From: Candidatus Eiseniibacteriota bacterium
GTDB lineage: Bacteria > Eisenbacteria > RBG-16-71-46
Assembly (NCBI GenBank): GCA_031364845.1
Contig: JANLWX010000064.1
Coordinates: 1-44,822, forward strand
Length of the DNA stretch: 44,822 nucleotides
Reading direction: 5' to 3'
The stretch's first letter is position 1. Every line of letters starts with the position of its first letter. The notes beneath the pieces were generated by a model, which saw only the letters and a program-made list of their open reading frames with translations, ran no database searches and was not told the origin of the DNA. The position numbers and the translations under genes were made by a program. Positions 16,712-25,898 of the stretch are shown piece after piece.

Positions 16712-17401
16712 CTACACCACGGCTCCGAACAGCCTCCCGACCCCCGCTGTCACCGCCATGGCCAGCGCGCCCCAGAACGCCACGCGCACGGCGCCCGTGA
16801 TCGCGGGTGCGCCGCCGGCACTCGCGGCCAGTGCACCGAGGGATGCGAGGAACACCAGAGAAGTGCCGGCGACGATCCACGACAGCATCGCCGCGGGCGC
16901 AAGCACGACGGCGATCAGCGGCAACGCCGCGCCGACCGCAAAGGTCGCCGCCGATGCCACGGCCGCCTGCAATGGGCGCGCGGCGAACTCTTCGGTGAGG
17001 CCGAGTTCATCACGCGCATGGGCTTTCAACGCATCGTTCGCGGTCAACTGCTGCGCGACTGTAAGGGCGAGCGCGGGATCGAGACCGCGCTTCACGTAGA
17101 TGCCGGTGAGCTCGTCCAGTTCTTCGGCCGGAGTCGTGGCCAGCTCCTTGCGCTCGCGCGCCATGTCCGCGCGCTCGGTGTCGGCCTGCGAACTGACCGA
17201 CACGTATTCGCCGGCCGCCATCGACAGCGCTCCCGCGACGAGTCCGGCAACTCCCGCAACCATGATCTCATTGCGCGCGGCCTGTGCGGCCGCCACGCCG
17301 ACGACGAGGCTCGCGGTGGAGACGATGCCGTCATTCGCTCCGAGCACCGCGGCGCGAAGCCAGCCGATGCGATCGGTTCGATGCCGTTCGAGATGCCGCA
17401 T
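16712..17401 (-). CDS. VIT1/CCC1 family Fe2+/Mn2+ transporter
   Basis: WLRAAVLGANDGIVS and SMAAGEYVSVSSQ motifs; GAGGAGG RBS. Confidence 0.95.
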   Translation of the reverse strand: MRHLERHRTDRIGWLRAAVLGANDGIVSTASLVVGVAAAQAARNEIMVAGVAGLVAGALSMAAGEYVSVSSQADTERADMARERKELATTPAEELDELTGIYVKRGLDPALALTVAQQLTANDALKAHARDELGLTEEFAARPLQAAVASAATFAVGAALPLIAVVLAPAAMLSWIVAGTSLVFLASLGALAASAGGAPAITGAVRVAFWGALAMAVTAGVGRLFGAVV

Positions 17402-17432
17402 GGAAGCCTCCTCGCGTGAGTGATCGGCGGCT

Positions 17433-18032
17433 CTATCTCACCCCCGCCGCCGCGCGCAGTTTCTCAGCCAGCGCCTTTGCCGATCGTGCGCGGTGCGAGA
17501 TCGCGTTCTTCTCCGCGCCCTCCAGCTCCGCGAGTGTACGACCGAACACAGGAATCTCGAACACCGGGTCGTATCCGAAGCCGTTGGTTCCCCGCGGCGT
17601 CGCGGTGATCACGCCTTCGAGCACGCCTTCGGCATCGAGTTCCCCGCCGCCTTCCAGCACCGCGGCGCACACCGTGCGGAAGCGCGCGGTGCGGCGCGCG
17701 GGCTCGACTCCCGAAAGCTCCGCGAGCAATCGCTGCACGTTGTCGGCGTAGGTCGCATCGGGGCCCGCGAAGCGCGCGGCGTAGATTCCGGGGCGGCCGT
17801 CGAGCGCATCGACTTCGAGCCCGGTGTCATCCGCGATCGACGTGAGGCCGGTGAGCGCGTGCGCGGCGCGCGCCTTGATCCGCGCGTTCTCGAGCAGCGT
17901 GTTCCCGTTCTCTTCGGGCGCCTTGGCACCGGCGAACTCGCGCAGGCTCACGAGCGTCACGCCGGGCAGATCGATCAATCGCTCGAGCTCGCGCACCTTG
18001 TCCGGATTGAAGGTGGCGATCACGATCTTCAT
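17433..18032 (-). CDS. rdgB: Non-canonical purine NTP pyrophosphatase (RdgB/HAM1)
   Basis: AT-N--K--E, ADDTGL, GFGYDP-F and KNAISHR motifs; ATGA overlap with rph. Confidence 0.95.
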   Translation of the reverse strand: MKIVIATFNPDKVRELERLIDLPGVTLVSLREFAGAKAPEENGNTLLENARIKARAAHALTGLTSIADDTGLEVDALDGRPGIYAARFAGPDATYADNVQRLLAELSGVEPARRTARFRTVCAAVLEGGGELDAEGVLEGVITATPRGTNGFGYDPVFEIPVFGRTLAELEGAEKNAISHRARSAKALAEKLRAAAGVR

Positions 18033-18874
18033 GCGCCGGGTTCCGTCTCTTCGGCCGGCTCCTCGGGTGCGTCCTTGTCGGGCGGCATCGCGAGCGCCGG
18101 CAGCAGTCCCGAAGCGCCGAGCATCCGGCGCTGTGCGGCGAGCACGCGGCGAATCCCGGTGCGCGCGAGCGACAACAGCTGGCGCAGTTCCGCATCGGTG
18201 AAGGTGGTGGTCTCGCCGGTGCCCTGCACCTCGACATAGCGTCCGGCGCCCGTCATCACGACGTTCATGTCGACCTGCGCGCTCGAGTCCTCGACGTAGT
18301 CGAGGTCGAGGCACGGTACGCCGTTGATGATTCCGACCGAGATCGCGGCCACGGCGTCGCGCAGCGGCGGGCCCTTGAGATGTCCGCGGTTCGAGAGCAC
18401 GACGAACGCATCGTGCAGTGCCACCAGCGCGCCGTTGATCGCGGCGGTGCGCGTTCCGGCATCGGCCACGATCACATCGCAATCGAGGGTGATGATGCGC
18501 TCGCCGAACGCGGTGAGGTCGGTCACCGCGCGCAGGCTGCGGCCGATCAGGCGCTGGATCTCCTGCGAGCGCCCGCCGGTCTGCGAGCTGCGCGGCGTGC
18601 GCTCGCCGGTCGCGCGCGGGAGCATCGCGTACTCCGCGGTGACCCAGCCCTTGCCCTGACCGCGCAGCCAGTTGGGCACGCGGTCCTCGACGGTCGCGGT
18701 GCACAGCACGCGCGTGCGTCCCATGTGCACCATCGCCGATCCCTCGGCATGCGCGATCACGCCGCGCTCGAACTTGAGCGGGCGCGGCTGGCGCGCGGCG
18801 CGGCCGTCGTGTCGCGCAAACGGCGCAGGCGTCGGTTCGGGCCGATTGCGGATCGCTTCGGGCTGTCGGGTCAT
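18029..18874 (-). CDS. rph: Ribonuclease PH
   Basis: [36 protein letters not shown] and EVQGTGE motifs. Confidence 0.96.
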   Translation of the reverse strand: MTRQPEAIRNRPEPTPAPFARHDGRAARQPRPLKFERGVIAHAEGSAMVHMGRTRVLCTATVEDRVPNWLRGQGKGWVTAEYAMLPRATGERTPRSSQTGGRSQEIQRLIGRSLRAVTDLTAFGERIITLDCDVIVADAGTRTAAINGALVALHDAFVVLSNRGHLKGPPLRDAVAAISVGIINGVPCLDLDYVEDSSAQVDMNVVMTGAGRYVEVQGTGETTTFTDAELRQLLSLARTGIRRVLAAQRRMLGASGLLPALAMPPDKDAPEEPAEETEPGA

Positions 18875-18903
18875 CGGGGGAACGTCCTTTGAGTTCGGGT
18901 GCG

Positions 18904-19734
18904 CTACACGGTCGGAACGCGCTCGAACCACGGCAGGTCGGTCTGATCCACGACCGTCGTGGGCGGAATCGGGCGGCCGAGGAACGATTGCGCCATGCGT
19001 TCGAAATTGCGCGGCTGATCGCTGACATAGAACTGATGCCGCGCGGGACCGGCCGCGAGCAGATCGCGCGCGCGCAGCAGGTCGGCGGTGGCGCGCGCGG
19101 CTTCGGCGCCGGAATCGATCAGGCGCACGGAGGGCCCCATGAGATCGGCGATCAGCGGCGCGATCAGCGGGTAGTGCGTGCACCCGAGGATCAGCGTTTC
19201 GAGCGGCTCGTTCGCGAATGCCGACAGGTACTCGGCGGCGACCGCGCGCGTCACGTCGTGCGTGAGCCAGCCCTCTTCAATCAACGGCACGAACAGCGGG
19301 CACGCCTGCGACACGACGCGCGCCTGGGGACGCCGCGCGGCGATGGCGTGGGTGTAGGCGCCGCTGCCGATCGTGCCGAGCGTGCCGATCACGCCGGTCG
19401 CGCCGCGCGGGCCCGTCTCGAGTGCGGCGACGACGGCGGGCTCGATCACACCGACCACCGGGATCTCGAGGCGCTGGGACAGCGTGTCGAGCGCATGGGC
19501 GGACGATGTGTTGCAGGCGACCAGCAGGCACTTCACGTCATGGCGCACGAGGAATGACGCGATCTCGAGACTGAAGCGGGTCACGGTCTCGCGGGACTTG
19601 CTGCCGTAAGGCAACCGTGCGGTGTCGCCGAAGTAGACGACCGACTCGCCCGGCAAGGTCTGAAACAGCTCGCGCACGGCGGTGAGCCCGCCGAGTCCCG
19701 AATCGAACACGCCGATCGGACGCGGATCGCTCAT
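18904..19734 (-). CDS. murI: Glutamate racemase
   Basis: FDSGLGG, ACNT and LGCTHYP motifs. Confidence 0.97.
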   Translation of the reverse strand: MSDPRPIGVFDSGLGGLTAVRELFQTLPGESVVYFGDTARLPYGSKSRETVTRFSLEIASFLVRHDVKCLLVACNTSSAHALDTLSQRLEIPVVGVIEPAVVAALETGPRGATGVIGTLGTIGSGAYTHAIAARRPQARVVSQACPLFVPLIEEGWLTHDVTRAVAAEYLSAFANEPLETLILGCTHYPLIAPLIADLMGPSVRLIDSGAEAARATADLLRARDLLAAGPARHQFYVSDQPRNFERMAQSFLGRPIPPTTVVDQTDLPWFERVPTV

Positions 19735-19839
19735 CGCGCGCTCCGTGCGTGCGCGCGGAGTTGCGGCGGCGGCGACTTCCGCGCGCTTTCGCAGCGAACA
19801 CTCCGTCGGTTGCGATCGATCATCGTGCTGAGTCTCCGT

Positions 19840-20382
19840 TCACGGCAGATCCGCGACGTCGATCGGTCGATCGAGCGGCAGATGTCCACCCAGCGTCGGC
19901 AGCGGCTGTCCGGCGCACACCAGCATCACCCGTTTCACCTCGGGCAGGTTGGCGCCGAGCGTTCGGGTCAGTGCTGCGATCGCAAGGTACTCGGCCGCCG
20001 AGCCGCCGCGGAAACCCTCGCGAAATTCGCGCGACAGATCGAGCGTCATGAGTCCGCGGTCATCCAGATACACGTGCTGCACCGCGGTTCCCGCGGGAAT
20101 CGTGCGCAGCCCGCGTGTGCGCGGTCCGCGCTCCAGCTCGTCGACCAGCGAAGCGACGCGATCGTGAAGATTCTGCGCGTCGAGTTGCTCGCGCGTCTCC
20201 ACCACCAGGCTCTCGCCGCTCGTCGAGGCGAAGTACAGACGCGCCGACTTGAAACCGTTGCTCAGCGAATCGGGTTGCGGCACCTCGGACTGTTCCCCGA
20301 GCGGCGTGCGCGTCGCCATCCACCCGACGAACGCTAGCACGGCGACCAGCAGGGCGAGAAGGAATGCGCGGCGCGGCCTCAT
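19840..20382 (-). CDS. GerMN domain protein
   Basis: N-terminal TM; LYF, L--GP, IP-GT, LDLS-EF, GGSAAE and L-GHL motifs; typical position between amidase and murI. Confidence 0.85.
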   Translation of the reverse strand: MRPRRAFLLALLVAVLAFVGWMATRTPLGEQSEVPQPDSLSNGFKSARLYFASTSGESLVVETREQLDAQNLHDRVASLVDELERGPRTRGLRTIPAGTAVQHVYLDDRGLMTLDLSREFREGFRGGSAAEYLAIAALTRTLGANLPEVKRVMLVCAGQPLPTLGGHLPLDRPIDVADLP

Positions 20383-21878
20383 TCGTTCCTCTGCCAGGCT
20401 TCGATGCCTTCGGCGATCGTCACGGCGAGATCGGCGAGGCCGCGCGCTGCGGTGACCCGCGCGCGATCGGCGTCCGAGGTCAGCGTCGCGCACTCGAGCA
20501 GCAACCCGGGCGCGTTCACGCCCAGCATCGGGTGCGGGAGGATCTCGCGCAGCCGGGTCGGGCCCTGCGAGCGCAACTCGAGCGCGGACAGCACGTCCTC
20601 CGACAGTTCGCGCGCCGCGACCGCGTGGCGAAGAGCCACGTCGCGCCACGGGATCAACGGGATCGGCCCACCCAGGCCAGGATCGCGGCCGGGTGCGACG
20701 AACGTGGCGGGCGGACAATAGGCGGTGGCGCCGCGGGCTCGGCTGCCGGGGAAGCCGTCGAAGTGCAGCGAGATCAAGAGATCGGCGCGTGCCTGGTTCG
20801 CGCGTTCGGCGCGCTGGGCCTCGGTCACCACCTGATCACCGTCCCGCGTGAGCACGACGCGCACGCTCATGCGGCGCTCGAGTTCGCCTTTGACGAGCCG
20901 GGCGAGTTGAAGCGTGAGGTCCTTCTCGATCGCACCCTGAACGGACACACCGGCATCGGTGCCGCCGTGCCCGGGATCGAGCACCACGACCCGGATCGGA
21001 CGCGGCCCGGCAGGACCTTCGGGCGCGAAAGCCTGAAGCCCGGCAGAAACCTGCGTTTCGAACGACAGCGTCACGCGCCGGCCGGCGATGTCGGAGTCCA
21101 TGCGGAAGCCCGCCGCTTCGGGTACCACCTCGATCTCGAACGCGCTGCCTCCCGCAGTCGCAATCGGACGCACCGCGCGCACGAGACTGCCTTCGGGGAA
21201 TGTCGCGGGCAGCGCGCCCGCGTAGAAGCCGCTGAAGCGCACGCGGAAGTGGGCGCGGTCACGGCCCGCGATCACGACTTCGTCGGGACGGTCGACCGGA
21301 AACGTGAGGCGCGTGATGCCGGGATCGACCGCGAGCCGCGGACCGGTGACGATGCCGGAGGCGGGAACGCGCAGCACCACGCGGCGCGAAGCATCATGGT
21401 AGAGCCGGGCGAGCGTCGCATGGCGCGGCAGCGAATCCACGAGTGCGACCGGAGCGAACAACTCGCCCCCGATCGAACGCACCGCGGCACCCAGGCGCAC
21501 CGTGTGGTCGTCGATCACCACGAACGGATTGTCGACCGTGAGCACGATGCGATGCGCCGGCGTGCGCAGTTCGAGCTTGCGCAGATCGCCGCGCCAGAAC
21601 TTGCTCGCATCGAGCAACTGCGCGACGTCGGCCGCCGCGACCCAGCCGGCGCCCTCGATCGCGCGCACCGGAATCGATTCGGGACCCGGGCCGCCGACGA
21701 GCGTGCGCCAGTCCGCGGCCGGCAATGCCGTCGCGGTTCGGGCGGGAACGGCGCGTGTGGCAGGCGAGCGACCCGTGCTTTCGGGCGCCGCGCCACCCGT
21801 GCGCGGTTCCTGCGCGAGCGATAAGCCCACGGCGAACGTCGCGGCGATCCCGGCTGCCACGAATGCGAGACGCCGCAT
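20379..21878 (-). CDS. N-acetylmuramoyl-L-alanine amidase (Amidase_3)
   Basis: Signal peptide MRRLAFVA...; VVLDPGHGG-D, EK, LTR, SLH and LLE zinc/catalytic motifs. Confidence 0.9.
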   Translation of the reverse strand: MRRLAFVAAGIAATFAVGLSLAQEPRTGGAAPESTGRSPATRAVPARTATALPAADWRTLVGGPGPESIPVRAIEGAGWVAAADVAQLLDASKFWRGDLRKLELRTPAHRIVLTVDNPFVVIDDHTVRLGAAVRSIGGELFAPVALVDSLPRHATLARLYHDASRRVVLRVPASGIVTGPRLAVDPGITRLTFPVDRPDEVVIAGRDRAHFRVRFSGFYAGALPATFPEGSLVRAVRPIATAGGSAFEIEVVPEAAGFRMDSDIAGRRVTLSFETQVSAGLQAFAPEGPAGPRPIRVVVLDPGHGGTDAGVSVQGAIEKDLTLQLARLVKGELERRMSVRVVLTRDGDQVVTEAQRAERANQARADLLISLHFDGFPGSRARGATAYCPPATFVAPGRDPGLGGPIPLIPWRDVALRHAVAARELSEDVLSALELRSQGPTRLREILPHPMLGVNAPGLLLECATLTSDADRARVTAARGLADLAVTIAEGIEAWQRNE

Positions 21879-21987
21879 TCGCGAAGCTATCGGCACGAGG
21901 CATCCCCTGCGCACGAACGTGCGGACCGGAGCATCGATCGATGGCCCGGCAGCCTTGCGCACGCGACGTTGACGGAACGAGCGCGCG

Positions 21988-22464
21988 TCACCGGTCGACG
22001 CTCCGGCGCGCGCGGTCGATCTCGCGGCCGGCATCGCGCTCGGCGATCGCGTGGCGCTTGTCGTGCGTCTTCTTACCCTTGGCGAGCCCGATCAGAAGCT
22101 TCGCGCGCCCGCGCGCATTGAAGTAGAGCTTGAGCGGAACGACCGTCTGACCCTTCTGCGCGATGCCGCGCTGGATTTCGGCGATCTCCTTCTGGTGGAG
22201 CAGCAGTTTGCGGCGCCGCACCGGATCGGGATTCCAGCGATTGCCCATCTCATAGGGCGGGATGTGCAGCTGCAGCACCCATGCTTCCCCGTTCTCGACC
22301 GTGGCAAACGCTTCGGCGAGACTCGCCTTGCCCTGGCGCAGGCTCTTCACCTCCGTGCCGGACAGCACGAGACCGGCCTCGAACGTCTCGAGGATGAAGT
22401 AGTCGTGGCGGGCGCGGCGATTCTGCGCGACGACACGGTCAGTCGATTCGGGATCACCGGACAT
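21988..22464 (-). CDS. smpB: SsrA-binding protein
   Basis: NRRARHDY, EAGLVL-GTEVKSLR, RKLLLH and GKK-HDKR motifs. Confidence 0.97.
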   Translation of the reverse strand: MSGDPESTDRVVAQNRRARHDYFILETFEAGLVLSGTEVKSLRQGKASLAEAFATVENGEAWVLQLHIPPYEMGNRWNPDPVRRRKLLLHQKEIAEIQRGIAQKGQTVVPLKLYFNARGRAKLLIGLAKGKKTHDKRHAIAERDAGREIDRARRSVDR

Positions 22465-22583
22465 GGGAGGGAACTCGAGTGCGCGATCGCATGGCGAATG
22501 GCGTGGCGTGGCGCTCCCGCAACGATCGCGACGGGAACCTCACCGCTCGTACGCCGCAAATCTGAGCGCGGACATCCGGGGCC

Positions 22584-22609
22584 AGTGCTCCGAACCCGTT
22601 CGGAGCACT
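22584..22609. terminator. Perfect hairpin just 3' of tRNA-Leu (terminator or processing stem)
   Basis: AGTGCTCCGAAC-CC-GTTCGGAGCACT; no U-tract on the tRNA strand. Confidence 0.5.
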
Positions 22610-22616
22610 CATTCTT

Positions 22617-22703
22617 TGGTGCGGAAGGGGGGATTTGAACCCCCACACTCTTTCGAGCGCTAGAACCTGAATCTAGTGCGTCTGCCAGTTCCGCCACTTC
22701 CGC
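22617..22703 (-). tRNA. tRNA-Leu(CAG)
   Basis: 87 nt with a long variable arm; CTAGATT-CAG-GTTCTAG; ends CCGCACCA. Confidence 0.96.
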
Positions 22704-22715
22704 ACGCGGGCGAGA

Positions 22716-22770
22716 AATATAGGGACGCCCGCGCGGCCGGTCAAACCCCGATCCGCCGCCATGATATAAC
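22716..22770. promoter_or_regulatory. Back-to-back promoters: tRNA-Leu (minus) and the membrane/TPR gene (plus)
   Basis: Minus: TTGACC-N17-TATATT (22744-22716). Plus: extended -10 TGaTATAAC (22762-22770), 6 nt before ATG 22777. Confidence 0.6.
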
Positions 22771-22776
22771 CTCGGC

Positions 22777-24861
22777 ATGCGACGATCGCCCCCACCCGGC
22801 CCGCGGAAGCCACTGTCCGAAGCGCCGGTAACCGAGATCCCCGCCGCTCCCGACGGATGGCCGTTGCGCCATCCGGCGTGGATCTTCGCGGTCCTCGCCG
22901 CCGCGGCCTGCGCCGTGATCGCGGTGACGTTCCCGATCGGCGACCCCGACCTGTGGCAGCACCTGGCCGTGGGCCGGGCGATCTGGCAACTCCACGAAGT
23001 CCCGCGCCTTCATCAGTGGACGTGGACGTTCTTCGGCTCGCCCGAGGTGCTGCCGTCGTGGGGATTTCGGGTACTCCTGTGGCCGTTCTGGAGCGCGGGC
23101 GAAGTGCCGGGCCTCTATTTGTGGCGCTGGCTGACCACACTCGGCGCGTTCGGCGCCGCCTGGGCGGCCGCGCGCGCGATGGGCGCGCGCGGGTTCTCGG
23201 CGCTCGTGGTGATCGTCGTGTGCGCGGTCGCCTACCGTTCTCGCAGCCAGGTGCGGCCCGAGACGCTGGTCGCGGTGCTGCTCGCGCTGCAACTGTGGCT
23301 GCTCGAGCGCCGCCGCCATGGAAAGCCCGTCCACCCCGCGTGGCTCGTTTTGATCGCATGGTTGTGGGCGAACGTCCATCTTTCGTACTACCTTGGGCTC
23401 ACGCTCCTCGCGATCCACGTGGTCGCCGCCCGTGCCCCCGCGCACGCGCCCGCGGCGGAGTCAAAGGGACTCGCCGCCCGCATCGCGCGGACACCGCCGA
23501 TCGTGGTGCTCTTCGCGGCGATCGCCATCTCGTTCGTGAATCCGTTCGGATGGCGGGCGCTGTGGCAGCCGTTCGAATACTTCCTCACCTGGCGTCACGA
23601 GCCGATCTACTCGACGATCGCCGAGCTGCAACCGCTCGCCGCTGTCTGGCGCTCACACACTCGCAGCGGGCTGCTGCTGCTGATCGCCGCGTGGCCGTTG
23701 CTCGTGCTCCTGCGCCCGCGCGGGCGGCGCTTCGATGCGGTCGAGGCACTGACGTGCGCGCTGTTCACCGCGCTCGTGATCTCGTCGCATCGCTTCTCGG
23801 GCCTGTTCGCGATCGCCGCCGCTCCCTATCTCGCCCGCGATCTCGGCGCTTGGCTCGGCGCGTGGCGCATGGCGTGGCCCGCGAATCCGTGGGTACGCGC
23901 GGGAATCGCGGCGGCGGCGTGCGTCGCGGTCTGCGTTCCCGCATGGACTCAGACGGGTTATCGGCCCGGATTGGGGCTCGTGCACACGCTGCTGCCCGAA
24001 CACGCGGCCGACTTCATCGAGCGGCACGGCGTGCGCGGACGCGCGTTCAATCCATATTACTTCGGCGGCTATCAGGTGTGGAGGTTCTGGCCCGATCCCG
24101 AGCGACTGCCGTTCATGGACGTCCATCAGACCGGCTCGCGCGATGACCGGCGGCTCTACACTTATGCGTTCGCGAACCACGACGCATGGACGGAGTTGGA
24201 CCAGCGACATCACTTCGACTACGCGCTGCTCGACGGCCATCCCGAGTTCACGCCCGGCGACCGGCTGCTCGACATGCTCGATGCGGATTCCTCGTGGGCG
24301 CTCGTGTTCCGCGACGACGCGGCCGCCGTGTTCGTGCGCCGCGGCGGGAGGCTCCAGGCGATCGCGGATACCTTTGCCTACTCGTTGGTCGCAGCCGGCG
24401 ACGAACGCCTGCCGCGCTTCGCCGCGCTGATCGGGCGCGTGCCCGAGGCGCGGGTACTCGCGCGTGCCGAGCTGGAGCGCATGATCGCGGCCTCACCGCT
24501 CAACGCTCGCGCGCACTCCGATCTTGCGACGGTCATATGGATCGACGGCGACACGGCGGCGGCGCGCGCGCACCTCGAGGCGGCGCTGGCGGTCGATCCG
24601 CGCACGTTCGGCGCGCACCGGCGGATCGGATATCTCGAGCTCGCCGCCGGACGCCCGCGCGAGGCGATCGCGGCGTTCGAGCGCGAACTGGCGCTGGGTC
24701 TCGATCCGGTCGACAGCTACATGAAGCTCGGCGAAGCGTGGGAGAAGCTCGGCGACCGTTCGCGCGCGGCCGGTTCGTATGCGAAGGAATTGAAGCGGGA
24801 TCCGCACAATGCGTCCGCCCGCGCGGCGCTGGAGCGGGTCCGGCGGGAGGCGGGACGATGA
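22777..24861 (+). CDS. Multi-pass membrane protein (putative GT-C glycosyltransferase-like) with C-terminal TPR repeats
   Basis: D-DLWQHL--GR after the first TM; RPE, LWANVH and E-QP motifs; about 11 hydrophobic segments; C-terminal TPR helices (ALAVDP, LG--W-KLG, DP-NA-A). Confidence 0.7.
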   Translation: MRRSPPPGPRKPLSEAPVTEIPAAPDGWPLRHPAWIFAVLAAAACAVIAVTFPIGDPDLWQHLAVGRAIWQLHEVPRLHQWTWTFFGSPEVLPSWGFRVLLWPFWSAGEVPGLYLWRWLTTLGAFGAAWAAARAMGARGFSALVVIVVCAVAYRSRSQVRPETLVAVLLALQLWLLERRRHGKPVHPAWLVLIAWLWANVHLSYYLGLTLLAIHVVAARAPAHAPAAESKGLAARIARTPPIVVLFAAIAISFVNPFGWRALWQPFEYFLTWRHEPIYSTIAELQPLAAVWRSHTRSGLLLLIAAWPLLVLLRPRGRRFDAVEALTCALFTALVISSHRFSGLFAIAAAPYLARDLGAWLGAWRMAWPANPWVRAGIAAAACVAVCVPAWTQTGYRPGLGLVHTLLPEHAADFIERHGVRGRAFNPYYFGGYQVWRFWPDPERLPFMDVHQTGSRDDRRLYTYAFANHDAWTELDQRHHFDYALLDGHPEFTPGDRLLDMLDADSSWALVFRDDAAAVFVRRGGRLQAIADTFAYSLVAAGDERLPRFAALIGRVPEARVLARAELERMIAASPLNARAHSDLATVIWIDGDTAAARAHLEAALAVDPRTFGAHRRIGYLELAAGRPREAIAAFERELALGLDPVDSYMKLGEAWEKLGDRSRAAGSYAKELKRDPHNASARAALERVRREAGR

Positions 24862-25235
24862 GCGAAGCACGGGACTTTCCGTACGAGACGCACCTCGACA
24901 TCCACTACGCGCCGCTCGAAGTGATCGACGTGCCGGCGCGCGTCGCCGCCGTCACACACCCCTGGTACAACCAGACGCTGTGCCGCGTGAACGAATCCGT
25001 CGTGCGGCTCGGCGTGATCCAGGGCGAGTACCACTGGCACCATCACGACGACCAGGACGAGTTCTTCTACGTGGTCGAAGGGCGGCTGCTGATCGATCTG
25101 GACGAGCGCGTGGTGGAGCTCGCGCCGCGCCAGGGCTTCGTGGTTCCCAAAGGCGTGCGCCACCGCACGCGGGCGCCGGAACGCACGGTCATCCTGATGG
25201 TCGAAGGTGCGGAAATCATTCCCACCGGCGACTAG
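24858..25235 (+). CDS. Cupin domain protein
   Basis: GEYHWHHH--QDEFFYV-EG and VPKGVRH cupin motifs; ATGA coupling. Confidence 0.9.
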   Translation: MSEARDFPYETHLDIHYAPLEVIDVPARVAAVTHPWYNQTLCRVNESVVRLGVIQGEYHWHHHDDQDEFFYVVEGRLLIDLDERVVELAPRQGFVVPKGVRHRTRAPERTVILMVEGAEIIPTGD

Positions 25236-25362
25236 CGGTGCCGGAGATCTTCAATTGCTGCGTTGGCTGCGTCGCTCGTCACTGCGACGTATCTTGCGAT
25301 ACGTCTCGTTCCTCGCTTCTTTGCCGCCTTGCACTTGAAAGTCTCCGACACCGCTGCATGTC

Positions 25363-25641
25363 CTACGTGCGATCGGACCCGGCGACCTTGACGAGCTTGT
25401 TGTAGAGCCCGAACAGGAGCAGGGTCGGCACCCACTGTCCGACGAACAGGCTGCGCTCCGTCTTGTTGGCCATCTGCAGCGCGGCCGAGGTTCCTACCGC
25501 TCCCAATGCCGCCCACAGGAACCAATCCGAGGGTACCTGAGAGGTCTTCTCTTCGATCGCCTTCGCCACGGGACCTTCCTTGCTGCGTTCCGGCGTCGGC
25601 TGGTGATCGGTGTTGGTGGGGAAAATGGTCGTTCTCTCCAT
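25363..25641 (-). CDS. Small conserved-type membrane protein (92 aa)
   Basis: AGGAGG RBS; EG-VAK-IE--T--PSD-FLW...FVGQW-P--L--GLYNKLVK pattern. Confidence 0.75.
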   Translation of the reverse strand: MERTTIFPTNTDHQPTPERSKEGPVAKAIEEKTSQVPSDWFLWAALGAVGTSAALQMANKTERSLFVGQWVPTLLLFGLYNKLVKVAGSDRT

Positions 25642-25692
25642 GACGTCCTCCTGAAGATGGGTTGGTGAAGGGCTGCGGCAAATAAACCGCAA

Positions 25693-25708
25693 CGCAAGGA
25701 TTGCGCCT
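25693..25708 (-). promoter_or_regulatory. Putative sigma54 -24/-12 promoter
   Basis: AGGCGCAATCCTTGCG (GG-N10-GC with TTGC), about 50 nt upstream of ATG 25641. Confidence 0.55.
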
Positions 25709-25898
25709 TCACGACCACATCGACGGAAAGATTCAGCAACTCATGACCACGAAGAGCGCTAGCTCGATCGTGGTCGTCATCGAGCGGAAGCGGCATCGCT
25801 CCTCATTGAAGAAACCGCTTCGCACATTCCACAACGCAGGCCGTGGATTGTCGGTCCGCTTGGTGACGGTCCGGTCAAGCCTTTGCTCTGACCCGGGC

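Noticed and set aside
17433..19183. Apparent 531-aa RdgB and 384-aa Rph fusions in the ORF track
   Set aside because: The N-terminal extensions are alternative frames over rph and murI. The real starts are at 18032 and 18874.
17433..22464. smpB-amidase-GerMN-murI-rph-rdgB cluster as a novel system
   Set aside because: This is a familiar conserved housekeeping arrangement with intact catalytic motifs.
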